This document shows positions 1 to 9,260 of a DNA stretch of 50,916 nucleotides, piece by piece. The position numbers and the translations under genes are program-made. The number at the start of each line of letters is the position of its first letter. Position 1 is the stretch's first letter. A model generated the notes under the pieces. That model was given only the letters and a program-made list of their open reading frames with translations, was not told the DNA's origin and did not search any database. The DNA comes from Bacteroidota bacterium (GTDB lineage: Bacteria; Bacteroidota; Ignavibacteria; Kapaibacteriales; UBA2268), in contig JBDQHL010000005.1 in assembly GCA_040264895.1 (NCBI GenBank), positions 1 through 50,916 of the forward strand. The letters are read 5' to 3'.

Positions 1-3000
1 CAATCCGTATTAGACTAAAGCTACCATCAGAAAGAATTGGAGTAATAACAATAATAACAAAAATTGAATTTCCAGTATTCGTTATTTCTAAATCTAGTGT
101 ATCATAATTACATGATAGAACTTCTGCATTATCAGAAAACACATCTACACCTAGCGTGTCCAATTCTTCTACAAAACCAAATATTACTATAGTATCAAGT
201 TTTGTATTATAATTCGGCAATGCATCTGATTCAACAAGTAGTTTCATTTCATGATACCCTAATTCTAATCCGTTAAATCTTATATTTAACTCTTCTGATA
301 AACCTTGTGATATTGTTCTTTGGTCATAAAAGCTATTATCAAACTCAAATATATTTTCGTCACCATAGATAGGAGAAATATTAAATATTTCTAAGTCTTC
401 ATTTCCAAATGCTTCAATTATAGTATGCAATGAATCCCTAAATGAGGTTACCTTTATAGTATCCAAATCAATACTGTAAGTATTAATTTCAGGCAGTGTA
501 GGTTGTCCAGTTAATTTTACAGTTATCGTATCGTGGCCGTCCCACCTCTCAACATACTTAGCTTCTAGTAGATAAGGGTCAAAATCATTTATATCAATAG
601 GATTATAATCAAAATTCAAAGGGTAAGTTTCAAATTCATCGAGTTGAATATCAGTTAACCCCTCTAATAGTGTCTTATTTGGATCATTAATAATATTAGA
701 ACTTACTCCAACAAGTTTGAATTCAGAACTAAATGTTCCAGTATTCATAAATTCTAATTCTATATTTTTTGAAGAGCCAATTCTTGTATCACCGAAATCA
801 TAGACTATATTATTAATCTCAGGTACTCCTATTTTTCCCCTTATTATTGATTGTCTATTTATACCTTGATTATCTATTAGTGTTACTGTAATGTCATGTT
901 CACCCACATCTGTATGTGTAAATGAAATTTTATCAAATCTAATTGATTCACCATTATTCAGAGTCTGAGGGAACATTCCAGTTGTATCAATTGTGAAATT
1001 GTTATTCACAGGAATAGTTAAACTTGAGACAACTATCTCAGCATTACCAGCATTTCTAAATTCTACAAACTCTGTAGTTGAAGTGTTGTATGTGTCACCA
1101 CTAAGTATTTTGGGTAACGTCAGATTTTTAGCAGTTAAATTGTAGCTAATCACATCAGCATTAATATAAACAGGCTCAGAATAGTCGCAACTAAAATTAA
1201 ACCTCATAGAATCAAGAATCGATTCAAAATTACCAGGAACATTATCTAAACAAAGAGTAAGATAATTAGATTCACCTTTGTATAACATAACAGGTGGAGT
1301 AAGTAAAGATGAAAATTTTAGACGCAAATTTTTAGGAAGATCAATACTTTCTAGTAGAACAGAGTCTGCATTTGTTTTAAGAACAAATCTAAAACAGGAG
1401 TCTTGTTTTGCATTAATTTCACCATAGTCAATATTATCTATCAACGAAATAAGAGCTCCATCGTATTCAAAGTTGTAAGTCTCAACATTACCACTATAAT
1501 CATATGCCTCTAATTTTATTCTGGCAGGTCTATTTTTGTCTTGAACTTCGGCATATAAGTCTACACTTGTTGTAGTATCTGTGATTTCTGTGAGATTCCA
1601 ACTCATATTCTCAGTATATGCTTCATCCACAACTATGTAATTAATACCTGACACTTCACTGAATATTTCATCATAAATTTGTCCTTCTACAGTAGAGCAG
1701 GTCTCTGTGAAGTCAATAATTGGTTTTGCATCTTCCATACTTTCTTCGTCTATCAAAGATGCACCCACAGTCATAGCATAAGAGTCGTATAGACCATTAG
1801 CAATAGCTATTGCATGAAATCTACCCGAATCAGCTTTGATGTTTACAGTAGTGGCTTGTGGTCCAACTAACACTCTTTCCCAATAAAGCTTTTCCCCATT
1901 TGATATAAATTCGTTGAATCCAAGCATAGTCTCTACATTAACACCATTTACTGTTATTGACTCGTATCCCTTCTCCTCAGCAATAATTATCACTGATTGG
2001 AATCTATATTGGTCAAATGTATTACCATTTGCCCAAGCAAATGCACTATTAGAAGCAAAGTAAGTTACATTATTAACCATCTTGTCAACTGGCGGAATGA
2101 TAACCATAGCAGGGTCATAGTATTCAAAATTTAAAGCTTCAGAATATTTAGCCATGAACTGAACTAACAAAAACTTTCCATTTGCAGTCCAACTTGTAGG
2201 CACCTCTACATTATCAAAAGTATGAACATCTCCAGGTACCATTTGAATACTTTTAGAATTAAGCTCATTGTTCATATTCAAAGTCAAAGTATCTTTGGCT
2301 ACAACCTTGAACATAGACTTTATATAACTATTAAAAGGTATTGATACATATTCATTGCTCCAAGTGGAAGTTGGAGGTACCATTTCTACTAAGTGGTCTT
2401 TCGCTCCTAAGCGACTATAGAAGTCAACCTGCTTAACAGAAGACCTCATATGACCACTAACTACACCCACTTGCTTATTACTTCTTACTCTTGAGCCGGA
2501 CAAGTCATGAATTCCTTTAACGCCATGCACAGCTTTAGATTTGACTAAATAGCTTTGTCCTTTATTTAAAGTTACAATGAAAGAAGAATCTTTGGGTACA
2601 CCTTCAAATGACTCTGCAGCCATAGTTATTTCAACTCTAGTTTGGTCTTCCCTAGCCATTACTAAGAACTCTCCTAATCTTGGAGTTTTTTGTTGTTCAA
2701 TAATTATTGGATTGATGTCATCTGGCTCAATATAATAATCATTAGGCATTGAGACAGCGTAGTGCTCATAACCCCAATTACGGGTCGGGATGATTGAAAA
2801 TTTGTCACTTGATTGAACTAATGAACTTTTTGCAACACATGAAATTGGTTGATTTGAGGTTATTTCTGTAAGCATGTTATTGTAAACAGTCTCAGAAAGT
2901 AAGTGTTCATATTCACGAGTCACATCTATAACTGCAACTTCATCTTTCTTAAGAAGGAAGGTGTAAGTTCTATTGGCTTGAGGTTCGTTGACTGTGACTT

Positions 3001-3187
3001 CGGTATCAAATTTAGAAGTGACATATATAGACATATATGGGTCTTGATACAGATGTACCTCATTATCTAAAAAACCAACATAGAAGTGCCTACCTTCATA
3101 GGATGAAAGCATGCCGCTTTGGGCCTGCAAAACACCTACACTTGCTAAGGTTAGGAAAAATATAAAGATAGTATAAAAACGTATCAT
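1..3187 (-). CDS. Large secreted IgGFc-binding-domain protein with Ig-like/ASH-type repeats (3' end runs off the window; missed by ORF track)
   Basis: Manual translation from ATG at 3187: MIRFYTIFIFFLTLASVGVLQAQSGMLSSYEGRHFYVGFLDNE (signal peptide). IgGFc_binding-type motifs KDHLVEMVPPTSTWSNEY and YDPAMVIIPP, later DFGDTRIG..NTG Ig-like units. Same frame confirmed at 2383, 2107, 799 and 58; not every codon was checked. Confidence 0.85.
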   Translation of the reverse strand, partial: MIRFYTIFIFFLTLASVGVLQAQSGMLSSYEGRHFYVGFLDNEVHLYQDPYMSIYVTSKFDTEVTVNEPQANRTYTFLLKKDEVAVIDVTREYEHLLSETVYNNMLTEITSNQPISCVAKSSLVQSSDKFSIIPTRNWGYEHYAVSMPNDYYIEPDDINPIIIEQQKTPRLGEFLVMAREDQTRVEITMAAESFEGVPKDSSFIVTLNKGQSYLVKSKAVHGVKGIHDLSGSRVRSNKQVGVVSGHMRSSVKQVDFYSRLGAKDHLVEMVPPTSTWSNEYVSIPFNSYIKSMFKVVAKDTLTLNMNNELNSKSIQMVPGDVHTFDNVEVPTSWTANGKFLLVQFMAKYSEALNFEYYDPAMVIIPPVDKMVNNVTYFASNSAFAWANGNTFDQYRFQSVIIIAEEKGYESITVNGVNVETMLGFNEFISNGEKLYWERVLVGPQATTVNIKADSGRFHAIAIANGLYDSYAMTVGASLIDEESMEDAKPIIDFTETCSTVEGQIYDEIFSEVSGINYIVVDEAYTENMSWNLTEITDTTTSVDLYAEVQDKNRPARIKLEAYDYSGNVETYNFEYDGALISLIDNIDYGEINAKQDSCFRFVLKTNADSVLLESIDLPKNLRLKFSSLLTPPVMLYKGESNYLTLCLDNVPGNFESILDSMRFNFSCDYSEPVYINADVISYNLTAKNLTLPKILSGDTYNTSTTEFVEFRNAGNAEIVVSSLTIPVNNNFTIDTTGMFPQTLNNGESIRFDKISFTHTDVGEHDITVTLIDNQGINRQSIIRGKIGVPEINNIVYDFGDTRIGSSKNIELEFMNTGTFSSEFKLVGVSSNIINDPNKTLLEGLTDIQLDEFETYPLNFDYNPIDINDFDPYLLEAKYVERWDGHDTITVKLTGQPTLPEINTYSIDLDTIKVTSFRDSLHTIIEAFGNEDLEIFNISPIYGDENIFEFDNSFYDQRTISQGLSEELNIRFNGLELGYHEMKLLVESDALPNYNTKLDTIVIFGFVEELDTLGVDVFSDNAEVLSCNYDTLDLEITNTGNSIFVIIVITPILSDGSFSLIRI

Positions 3188-3251
3188 ATAGTGCCGTTAT
3201 TAGATTTAGACTAACATAATTAAATAGTTAGAATTATACAAATACTAACAG

Positions 3252-4523
3252 CTATAATTCGAAGTAATTATTTTTATTCTCAAGTTTTTTTGTTTTTGGT
3301 ATTTCTTCACTCCATTGATACCTTGGTAGGTAGAAGTTTTTGACGTTTTTTCTTATATCCTGATAAGGTATAACAGAAGCGTTTACATTACCCAAGAAGT
3401 TAATTTTTTCTATTTCGTCATTAAGAAAAAACATCTCAATTCTGTTGCAGTCATGTTTGTGTGCGTCCACAGCTCCAGCTTCATTTTGTGAGAAGTATAA
3501 GCTCTTTGCATTGTCTTGAGTAATTATCTGATTGATTTTTCCATCCTCATATAGCATTTCAATATAAAATCCAGAAATTTGATTTAAGAAACTAGCATAC
3601 TCCTCAATCTCTTTTGAAATAGAAAAAGCATCACCAATAGCCATAATTCTTTTAAGTTTCTTTTCTTCTAAACTTATATGAACTGAATCACCGTAAAGTT
3701 GTGAGTTGTCATACCAGATTAATGGGGACTCAGTTAGTTCAAATGTTTCTTTCGATTGATTATAAAGTGCGGCACCACTTGTTGCCATTATATTTTGTCG
3801 GATTATAACTACACTATCAGTAAATTTATAATGCTCATCATCAATATATCGAAACGCCTCCATAGTATCTGAGGCAATACTTAAAGTATCAAAAACAACT
3901 CCCTCTTCATTTGCTTCTAATGTATCAATCTGATAAAGGCTTGGCTTTCCATATGAAATACTATATTTCTTTTTGGGGAAATATTCCAAGGTATCAGATA
4001 GCAAATAGGAGTTATTGAACTTACCTTTAATTAAGACATTATTATAAGCGTATGAATCTTGTGTGTTCTTGTTATATCTTAAAAAATTGGAATTTACTAT
4101 CACAGAATCGTCTTCAATATATACTTGCTTATAAAAATTTGCAATGTTTGTCATACTGTTATAATCGCCACTCATCGCTTTCAGATAGGTCTTATCATCT
4201 GTTATTTCTAACTCTAAATCAGACTTTGTGAACTTTCTATTACCATAATATGTTGCTTCCTCAGTCTTCATTGTCAAATCTTTTTGAACTAATTTAACAT
4301 TTCCGTTTAGATAAGATATGTTGGTATTTTCGAAAAGCTTTGCATAATTACAAGTTATAGTTACATCACCTTGCACTAACTTAACATTTCCAAAGTATTC
4401 CTTTATAGGCCCTTGATTTGTCTCTGAACCCTGGAATTTATCTGCAGAATAGAAAATCCTTTCTTGACTGAATAGCAGAATAGGAAGAATAAAGATTATT
4501 AATATTTGAGAAAGTTTTTTCAA
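3252..4523 (-). CDS. lptA: OstA/LptA-like LPS transport periplasmic beta-jellyroll protein
   Basis: Signal peptide, repeated GNVKLVQ.D..(I/M) beta-taco motifs, typical of the long OstA-like proteins of Bacteroidota/Chlorobi. Confidence 0.8.
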   Translation of the reverse strand: MKKLSQILIIFILPILLFSQERIFYSADKFQGSETNQGPIKEYFGNVKLVQGDVTITCNYAKLFENTNISYLNGNVKLVQKDLTMKTEEATYYGNRKFTKSDLELEITDDKTYLKAMSGDYNSMTNIANFYKQVYIEDDSVIVNSNFLRYNKNTQDSYAYNNVLIKGKFNNSYLLSDTLEYFPKKKYSISYGKPSLYQIDTLEANEEGVVFDTLSIASDTMEAFRYIDDEHYKFTDSVVIIRQNIMATSGAALYNQSKETFELTESPLIWYDNSQLYGDSVHISLEEKKLKRIMAIGDAFSISKEIEEYASFLNQISGFYIEMLYEDGKINQIITQDNAKSLYFSQNEAGAVDAHKHDCNRIEMFFLNDEIEKINFLGNVNASVIPYQDIRKNVKNFYLPRYQWSEEIPKTKKLENKNNYFEL

Positions 4524-4525
4524 GT

Positions 4526-5092
4526 TTATGATATATTAATTGTCTTGGTCTCTACGTTATATTGGTGTTCCAGTTTCTTTTTTAATTTATCCAAGCTTTG
4601 CTCAAAATTAGGTCCCATTACATTCTCCAACATACTTCCTAATATTCTCATAAAAGGATTCCAACCAACGTCTTTATAATGTACCCATTCAACCTTTGTT
4701 ACATTTTCTTCAATTTGCTTTACGCTAATGTAGCCAGCAAAAGAAGTCTGGTCATTATCCCATGACAATTGAAACTCAATCTTTTCATTGGGTACAACAT
4801 TCGTAACTTCCAATGAAGCTTTTTGCGAATACTCTCCATTCCAAATCTGTTTTGCTCCTACTCCTTCAGTTTCTCCTTTGTAACTATAGGTCAATGTAGA
4901 GTCAAAGTCTCTCCATACAGTCCAATCTTCCCAATTTTTCAGATCGTGTAAATACTCGAATGTATAAGTTTGTGGAGCATTAATTTCAATTTCTCTCTTT
5001 ATAGAAATATCACTCGGTAGGGTCATAGCAAAGACCAGTACAGCTAAAACTAAAGCTGCAACAATTGCCAAAAGTACTTTCAATATTTTCAT
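4526..5092 (-). CDS. SRPBCC (START-like) family protein
   Basis: N-terminal anchor, IKREIEINAP..FEYLHDLKNWEDW, GVGAKQIW, MGPNFEQSLDKLK. Confidence 0.85.
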   Translation of the reverse strand: MKILKVLLAIVAALVLAVLVFAMTLPSDISIKREIEINAPQTYTFEYLHDLKNWEDWTVWRDFDSTLTYSYKGETEGVGAKQIWNGEYSQKASLEVTNVVPNEKIEFQLSWDNDQTSFAGYISVKQIEENVTKVEWVHYKDVGWNPFMRILGSMLENVMGPNFEQSLDKLKKKLEHQYNVETKTINIS

Positions 5093-5155
5093 AATAAACT
5101 AAACGGTTTTAAGTTCGTATTATAATAGAACAACAAGTTAAGTTATTTTAGATTT

Positions 5156-6973
5156 ATGATAAAAAATATATTAGTTTTCACATCGATTTTAATATTTTCC
5201 TTTAGCCAAATTTATGCTCAATCTACATTGGAGCGAAAGCTGGGTTTGGCTCAATCTTATGAGAAGTCAAGGCAAGTAGATAATGCTATCAGACTCTATG
5301 AAGAAATTATAACTGAAGACAAGAAAAACACTGAAGCTTTCCAAGGTTTAGTTCGCTCCTACAGATATAAAAGTATGAACAATGAGCTTCTTGAATTAAT
5401 GCAAGCTAGATTAGAGTTTGAAAAAAGTGCACTAAACTACATTATGCTAGGTGAGGCCCATTGGAAAGCTGGGAACCCCACTGAAGCTGATATCACATGG
5501 GCTAAAGCAATTGAGTTAGCCAAAGATAACGAATTTGCTTACCAGAACTTAGCTGACATTCAATCAAAGCTTCAGCTATATGAAAAAGCAATAGCCACTT
5601 ATAAAAAAGGAAGGGAAGAGATTGGGCAAATAAACAACAGCACTGCCTTTGTAAATGAATTAAGCAAGCTCTATGTAGCAATAGGCGATGTTAAAAATGC
5701 AATCGACGAAAGTTTAATAATGCTTATAGAAACTGGAGCATTAGCTGAGGTAGAAGCTAGAATATTTGTGTTAATGCAAGACAAGGAAAGCCAGAAAATT
5801 ATCGATTCAAAATTAGCTGAGTTTGCTGATGATTACAGTTCTAACTATACTGCTATGGAGCTATACAGCTGGTACCAAACAAACATTGACAACTACAGCA
5901 AAGCATTAGAATATACCATAAAAGCAGATGATATATCTGAATCTGAAGGAAGACTAATTTTAGTTTTTGGTAATAATGCTGAACGAGATGGGCAAACTGA
6001 TATTGCTTTAGAAGCATACCAATATTTGATAGATGAAGGAAGGGATAATAAATACTTTTCTTCAGCTACATATAATTTCACAAAGGCCTTAGAAAGTAAA
6101 TTCTTATTTCAAGATAAATTTGACAGATCAAAGGTAGAAGAAATAATAGAAAAATATGAGACTATAATTGACGAATTTGATAAAACAACCACTGCTGCAG
6201 ATGCATATTTAGAAAAAGCAAGACTAGAAAAAAACTACTTGAATGATTTGGATGCAGCTGACCAAACCCTCAAAAACTTGATTAATAATATACCAGGCGC
6301 AAGGCAATCAGGTGATGCACTGATTCAACTTGGCGATATATATATAGCCAAAGGTAATTTGAACTTAGCTATGGACTATATAGACAAAGCAGTTGTCAGA
6401 TATAGCAGAACTGAGCTTGGATTAAAAGAAAGAGCAATCTATAAATTTGGTATAATACAATATTACAAGGGTGATTTGGATAGCGCTCAAGTTATTTTTA
6501 ATAATTTATCCGAAGCTATAGATAGCGATATAGCAAATGATGCATTGGAAAAAAATTCAATTATTGCAGACAAGGAAAAAGAAAGAAGTATGACTGAACT
6601 TTATGCTAAAAGTGAGTATGCATTAGTTCAAAATGATACAAGTTCAGCTACAGAAAATTTTGTTACTATAATTGAAGATTTGAGCAACTACGATACTGAA
6701 GTATGGCAAAGATCTAATTTGATATTGGCAGATATTTATAGAGAAAAGGGCGAGTCAGAAACAGCTGCAAAATATTTGAATAATTTAGCTACAAACTTGA
6801 CTGATGGCGTTCATACCGACAAAGCTATTTATAGATTAGCTTTAATTAGAGCTGAACAAGGCAACAGCCAGAGAGCTATTGAACTATTGTCTAAGATATT
6901 AGTTGACTTTCCCGATTCAATTTATTTGAAGGATGCTAGAAAAAGAATAAGAGAGCTAAGGGAAGAGTCCTAA
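5156..6973 (+). CDS. Secreted tetratricopeptide repeat protein
   Basis: Signal peptide, many TPR helix pairs, C-terminal ILVDFPDSIYLKDARKRIRELR typical of FCB TPR proteins. Confidence 0.85.
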   Translation: MIKNILVFTSILIFSFSQIYAQSTLERKLGLAQSYEKSRQVDNAIRLYEEIITEDKKNTEAFQGLVRSYRYKSMNNELLELMQARLEFEKSALNYIMLGEAHWKAGNPTEADITWAKAIELAKDNEFAYQNLADIQSKLQLYEKAIATYKKGREEIGQINNSTAFVNELSKLYVAIGDVKNAIDESLIMLIETGALAEVEARIFVLMQDKESQKIIDSKLAEFADDYSSNYTAMELYSWYQTNIDNYSKALEYTIKADDISESEGRLILVFGNNAERDGQTDIALEAYQYLIDEGRDNKYFSSATYNFTKALESKFLFQDKFDRSKVEEIIEKYETIIDEFDKTTTAADAYLEKARLEKNYLNDLDAADQTLKNLINNIPGARQSGDALIQLGDIYIAKGNLNLAMDYIDKAVVRYSRTELGLKERAIYKFGIIQYYKGDLDSAQVIFNNLSEAIDSDIANDALEKNSIIADKEKERSMTELYAKSEYALVQNDTSSATENFVTIIEDLSNYDTEVWQRSNLILADIYREKGESETAAKYLNNLATNLTDGVHTDKAIYRLALIRAEQGNSQRAIELLSKILVDFPDSIYLKDARKRIRELREES

Positions 6974-6979
6974 GCAGAA

Positions 6980-7651
6980 TTAATCCATTAAAGCAAATGA
7001 TGCAGCAATTACGGCAGCAGTCTCGGTGCGCAATCTGTTATCATTTATTCGCCAATTATACTTAGCTTTATTTTTTATTCTTTCTAATTCTTCTGGAGTG
7101 AAACCACCCTCAGGACCTATTAGAATAATTGCTCTTTTTTCACTTAGTGAGTAATCGGTTCCACCTGCATAGTCTGTATTAATTATGGCGCCCTTCTGAT
7201 TTTTCATGAAGTCTTGCATCTTCATTGGCTCATTGATCTTTGGTAGCAATGCTCTGCGTGATTGTTTCATTGCAGCGATTGCTTTTTTCTCAAACCTTTC
7301 TGTACGGAATTTTTTGCGTTGAGTGTGTTTAGTAATAAGCGGTTGGAATTCGGATACACCAATCTCAGTACATTTTTCGATTAAGTATTCCATTCTGTCA
7401 CGGTCTAATATCATACCGAAAGCAACAGTAATATATTTGCTTGCTTTAGCCTCAGTTTTCCCGAATATATTAAGGTAACTATGTTTACCTTTGAATCTTA
7501 TTTCGCAGAGAGTTTCAAGACCTTTCCCATTGACCGCTAGTATTTGGTCGCCAGAATTTAACCTTAGTGCTTTTACGTGTTGCTCTTCTTGCTGAGGAAC
7601 ATCAATTTTATCATGCTCTTCAGTTAACTCAGGTATGTATATACATTCCAT
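6980..7651 (-). CDS. rsmE: 16S rRNA m3U1498 methyltransferase
   Basis: HVKALRL, EKCTEIGV, IGPEGGF, RLRTETAA SPOUT motifs. Confidence 0.95.
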   Translation of the reverse strand: MECIYIPELTEEHDKIDVPQQEEQHVKALRLNSGDQILAVNGKGLETLCEIRFKGKHSYLNIFGKTEAKASKYITVAFGMILDRDRMEYLIEKCTEIGVSEFQPLITKHTQRKKFRTERFEKKAIAAMKQSRRALLPKINEPMKMQDFMKNQKGAIINTDYAGGTDYSLSEKRAIILIGPEGGFTPEELERIKNKAKYNWRINDNRLRTETAAVIAASFALMD

Positions 7652-7684
7652 AACTTATTTCTTTTCATTTTGATTTAAACTTTG

Positions 7685-7692
7685 CAAAGTTA
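7685..7692 (-). promoter_or_regulatory. Bacteroidota-type -7 promoter box upstream of rsmE
   Basis: TAACTTTG on the minus strand matches TAnnTTTG, ~34 nt before the start codon. Confidence 0.5.
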
Positions 7693-7721
7693 AGGAATAT
7701 ATCAATAATAATATGAATACA

Positions 7722-8324
7722 TTATTTGTCTAATTCAGTCTCTATTGATTGCTTGAAACTACTCGATGCAGGATGAAGGGACTTAACAACTCTCCCCTCT
7801 TTATCAATCAAATAACCAGTAGGAGTGCCTCTGATACCATATTGATAAGCAATAGATGAATTAGATGAAGTGCCATCGTAAATATTAATAAACTCATTCA
7901 TACTATAGTTATCAATAAAGTTGGAAACACTTGACTTACCAACTCTATCCATCTTATCAGTTGAAACAGCAATTACAACAAAATCTTCATCTTCTATACT
8001 TTGAGTAGTATTTACCATGCCAGGCATCGACTGGACACAGAATGAACATCTAGTTCTCCAAAATTCTATATATATCACTTTTCCTCTTAAATCAGAGAGT
8101 GAGAATTCAAGATTATCATCAGTTTCTATTAAAAAATCTGGTGCCAAATCTCCAGATGATAAAAATCCATCGACTGGTGAACTTAGTAAGCTTACATTGT
8201 CGTGAAGACCAATGATTTCTGAGACATTTTCAAACTTTACAGGGTCAGTATTTTCAGGCACTGTAGTTTGTTTACATGACACTAATGCTAAAGAAATTAA
8301 TACTGTTATTATTACACTTTTCAT
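7722..8324 (-). CDS. TlpA/ResA-like thiol-disulfide oxidoreductase lipoprotein
   Basis: Lipobox LVSC, APDF, SDLRGKVIYIEFWRTRCSFC (CxxC), GIRGTPTGYLIDKEG (cis-Pro loop). Confidence 0.88.
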   Translation of the reverse strand: MKSVIITVLISLALVSCKQTTVPENTDPVKFENVSEIIGLHDNVSLLSSPVDGFLSSGDLAPDFLIETDDNLEFSLSDLRGKVIYIEFWRTRCSFCVQSMPGMVNTTQSIEDEDFVVIAVSTDKMDRVGKSSVSNFIDNYSMNEFINIYDGTSSNSSIAYQYGIRGTPTGYLIDKEGRVVKSLHPASSSFKQSIETELDK

Positions 8325-8350
8325 ATTGTTTATCCGTTTTTTTTGCCTAT

Positions 8351-8378
8351 AAGACTGATGAATAGTTGTTTTGTTACC
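8351..8378 (-). promoter_or_regulatory. Putative ECF sigma-factor promoter of the TlpA-like gene
   Basis: Minus strand GGTAAC-N17-GTCT, ~27 nt upstream of the ATG at 8324; resembles the general ECF AAC/GTC consensus. Confidence 0.4.
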
Positions 8379-8438
8379 TAAAAAGCAGAATTAATTGTTA
8401 TCAATGTCAAATTTTTTTACAAATTTTATAGGAGACAA

Positions 8439-9260
8439 ATGGAAAATTTTAACATAAATAGCTTAGGAACTCAAATCTGGGGAATCATACTAATGGTTGC
8501 TTATGCCGCATTAGCACTGATTGTTGGCTTTTGGATTGTAGGCAGAGTTACCAAAGTAGTTGAAAAAGTACTTAGTAAAAAAGACATAGATATTTCATTA
8601 CAAAAATTTCTAATACGCTTAGTAAGCATTGGACTTAAAGTACTAGTTTTAATTTCCGTAGCAGGATTAGTTGGAATACCAACAACATCATTCGTAGCAA
8701 TAATTGGTGCTGCCGGTTTGGCAGTCGGTCTGGCTTTGCAAGGTTCTCTGGCTAATTTTGCTGGTGGTGTTTTAATATTATTTCTTAAGCCCTTTAAGGT
8801 TGGTGATTTCATAGAAGGTGCTGGCGAGTCTGGGACTGTAGAGGAAATCAGCATATTCTATACATACTTAACTACGCCTCAGAACCAAGCCATAGTTGTT
8901 CCAAATGCACAATTATCAAACAACTCGATTAAGAATTATTCTACTAAAGACACAAGAAGAATCGACTTTGTTTTTGGAATAGATTATTCTGATGACATCT
9001 CAAAAGCTAAATCAATATTAAAAGATATTATAGATGGCGAGCAAAGGATATTAAAAGAACCTACTTGCAACATAGCTGTTGAGTCATTAGGTGACAATAG
9101 TGTTAATTTGATTACTAGACCTTGGTGCAATAATGCAGACTATTGGGATTTATATTTCGACTTAACCGAAAAAGTAAAATTAGAATTTGATAAACAAGGA
9201 ATTTCATTCCCATTCCCACAAAGGGACATACACATTATAAAGGAAGGCGATGAATCATAA
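8439..9260 (+). CDS. mscS: Small-conductance mechanosensitive channel
   Basis: GAAGLAVGLALQGSLANFAGG, KPFKVGDFI, GISFPFPQRDIH. Confidence 0.95.
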   Translation: MENFNINSLGTQIWGIILMVAYAALALIVGFWIVGRVTKVVEKVLSKKDIDISLQKFLIRLVSIGLKVLVLISVAGLVGIPTTSFVAIIGAAGLAVGLALQGSLANFAGGVLILFLKPFKVGDFIEGAGESGTVEEISIFYTYLTTPQNQAIVVPNAQLSNNSIKNYSTKDTRRIDFVFGIDYSDDISKAKSILKDIIDGEQRILKEPTCNIAVESLGDNSVNLITRPWCNNADYWDLYFDLTEKVKLEFDKQGISFPFPQRDIHIIKEGDES

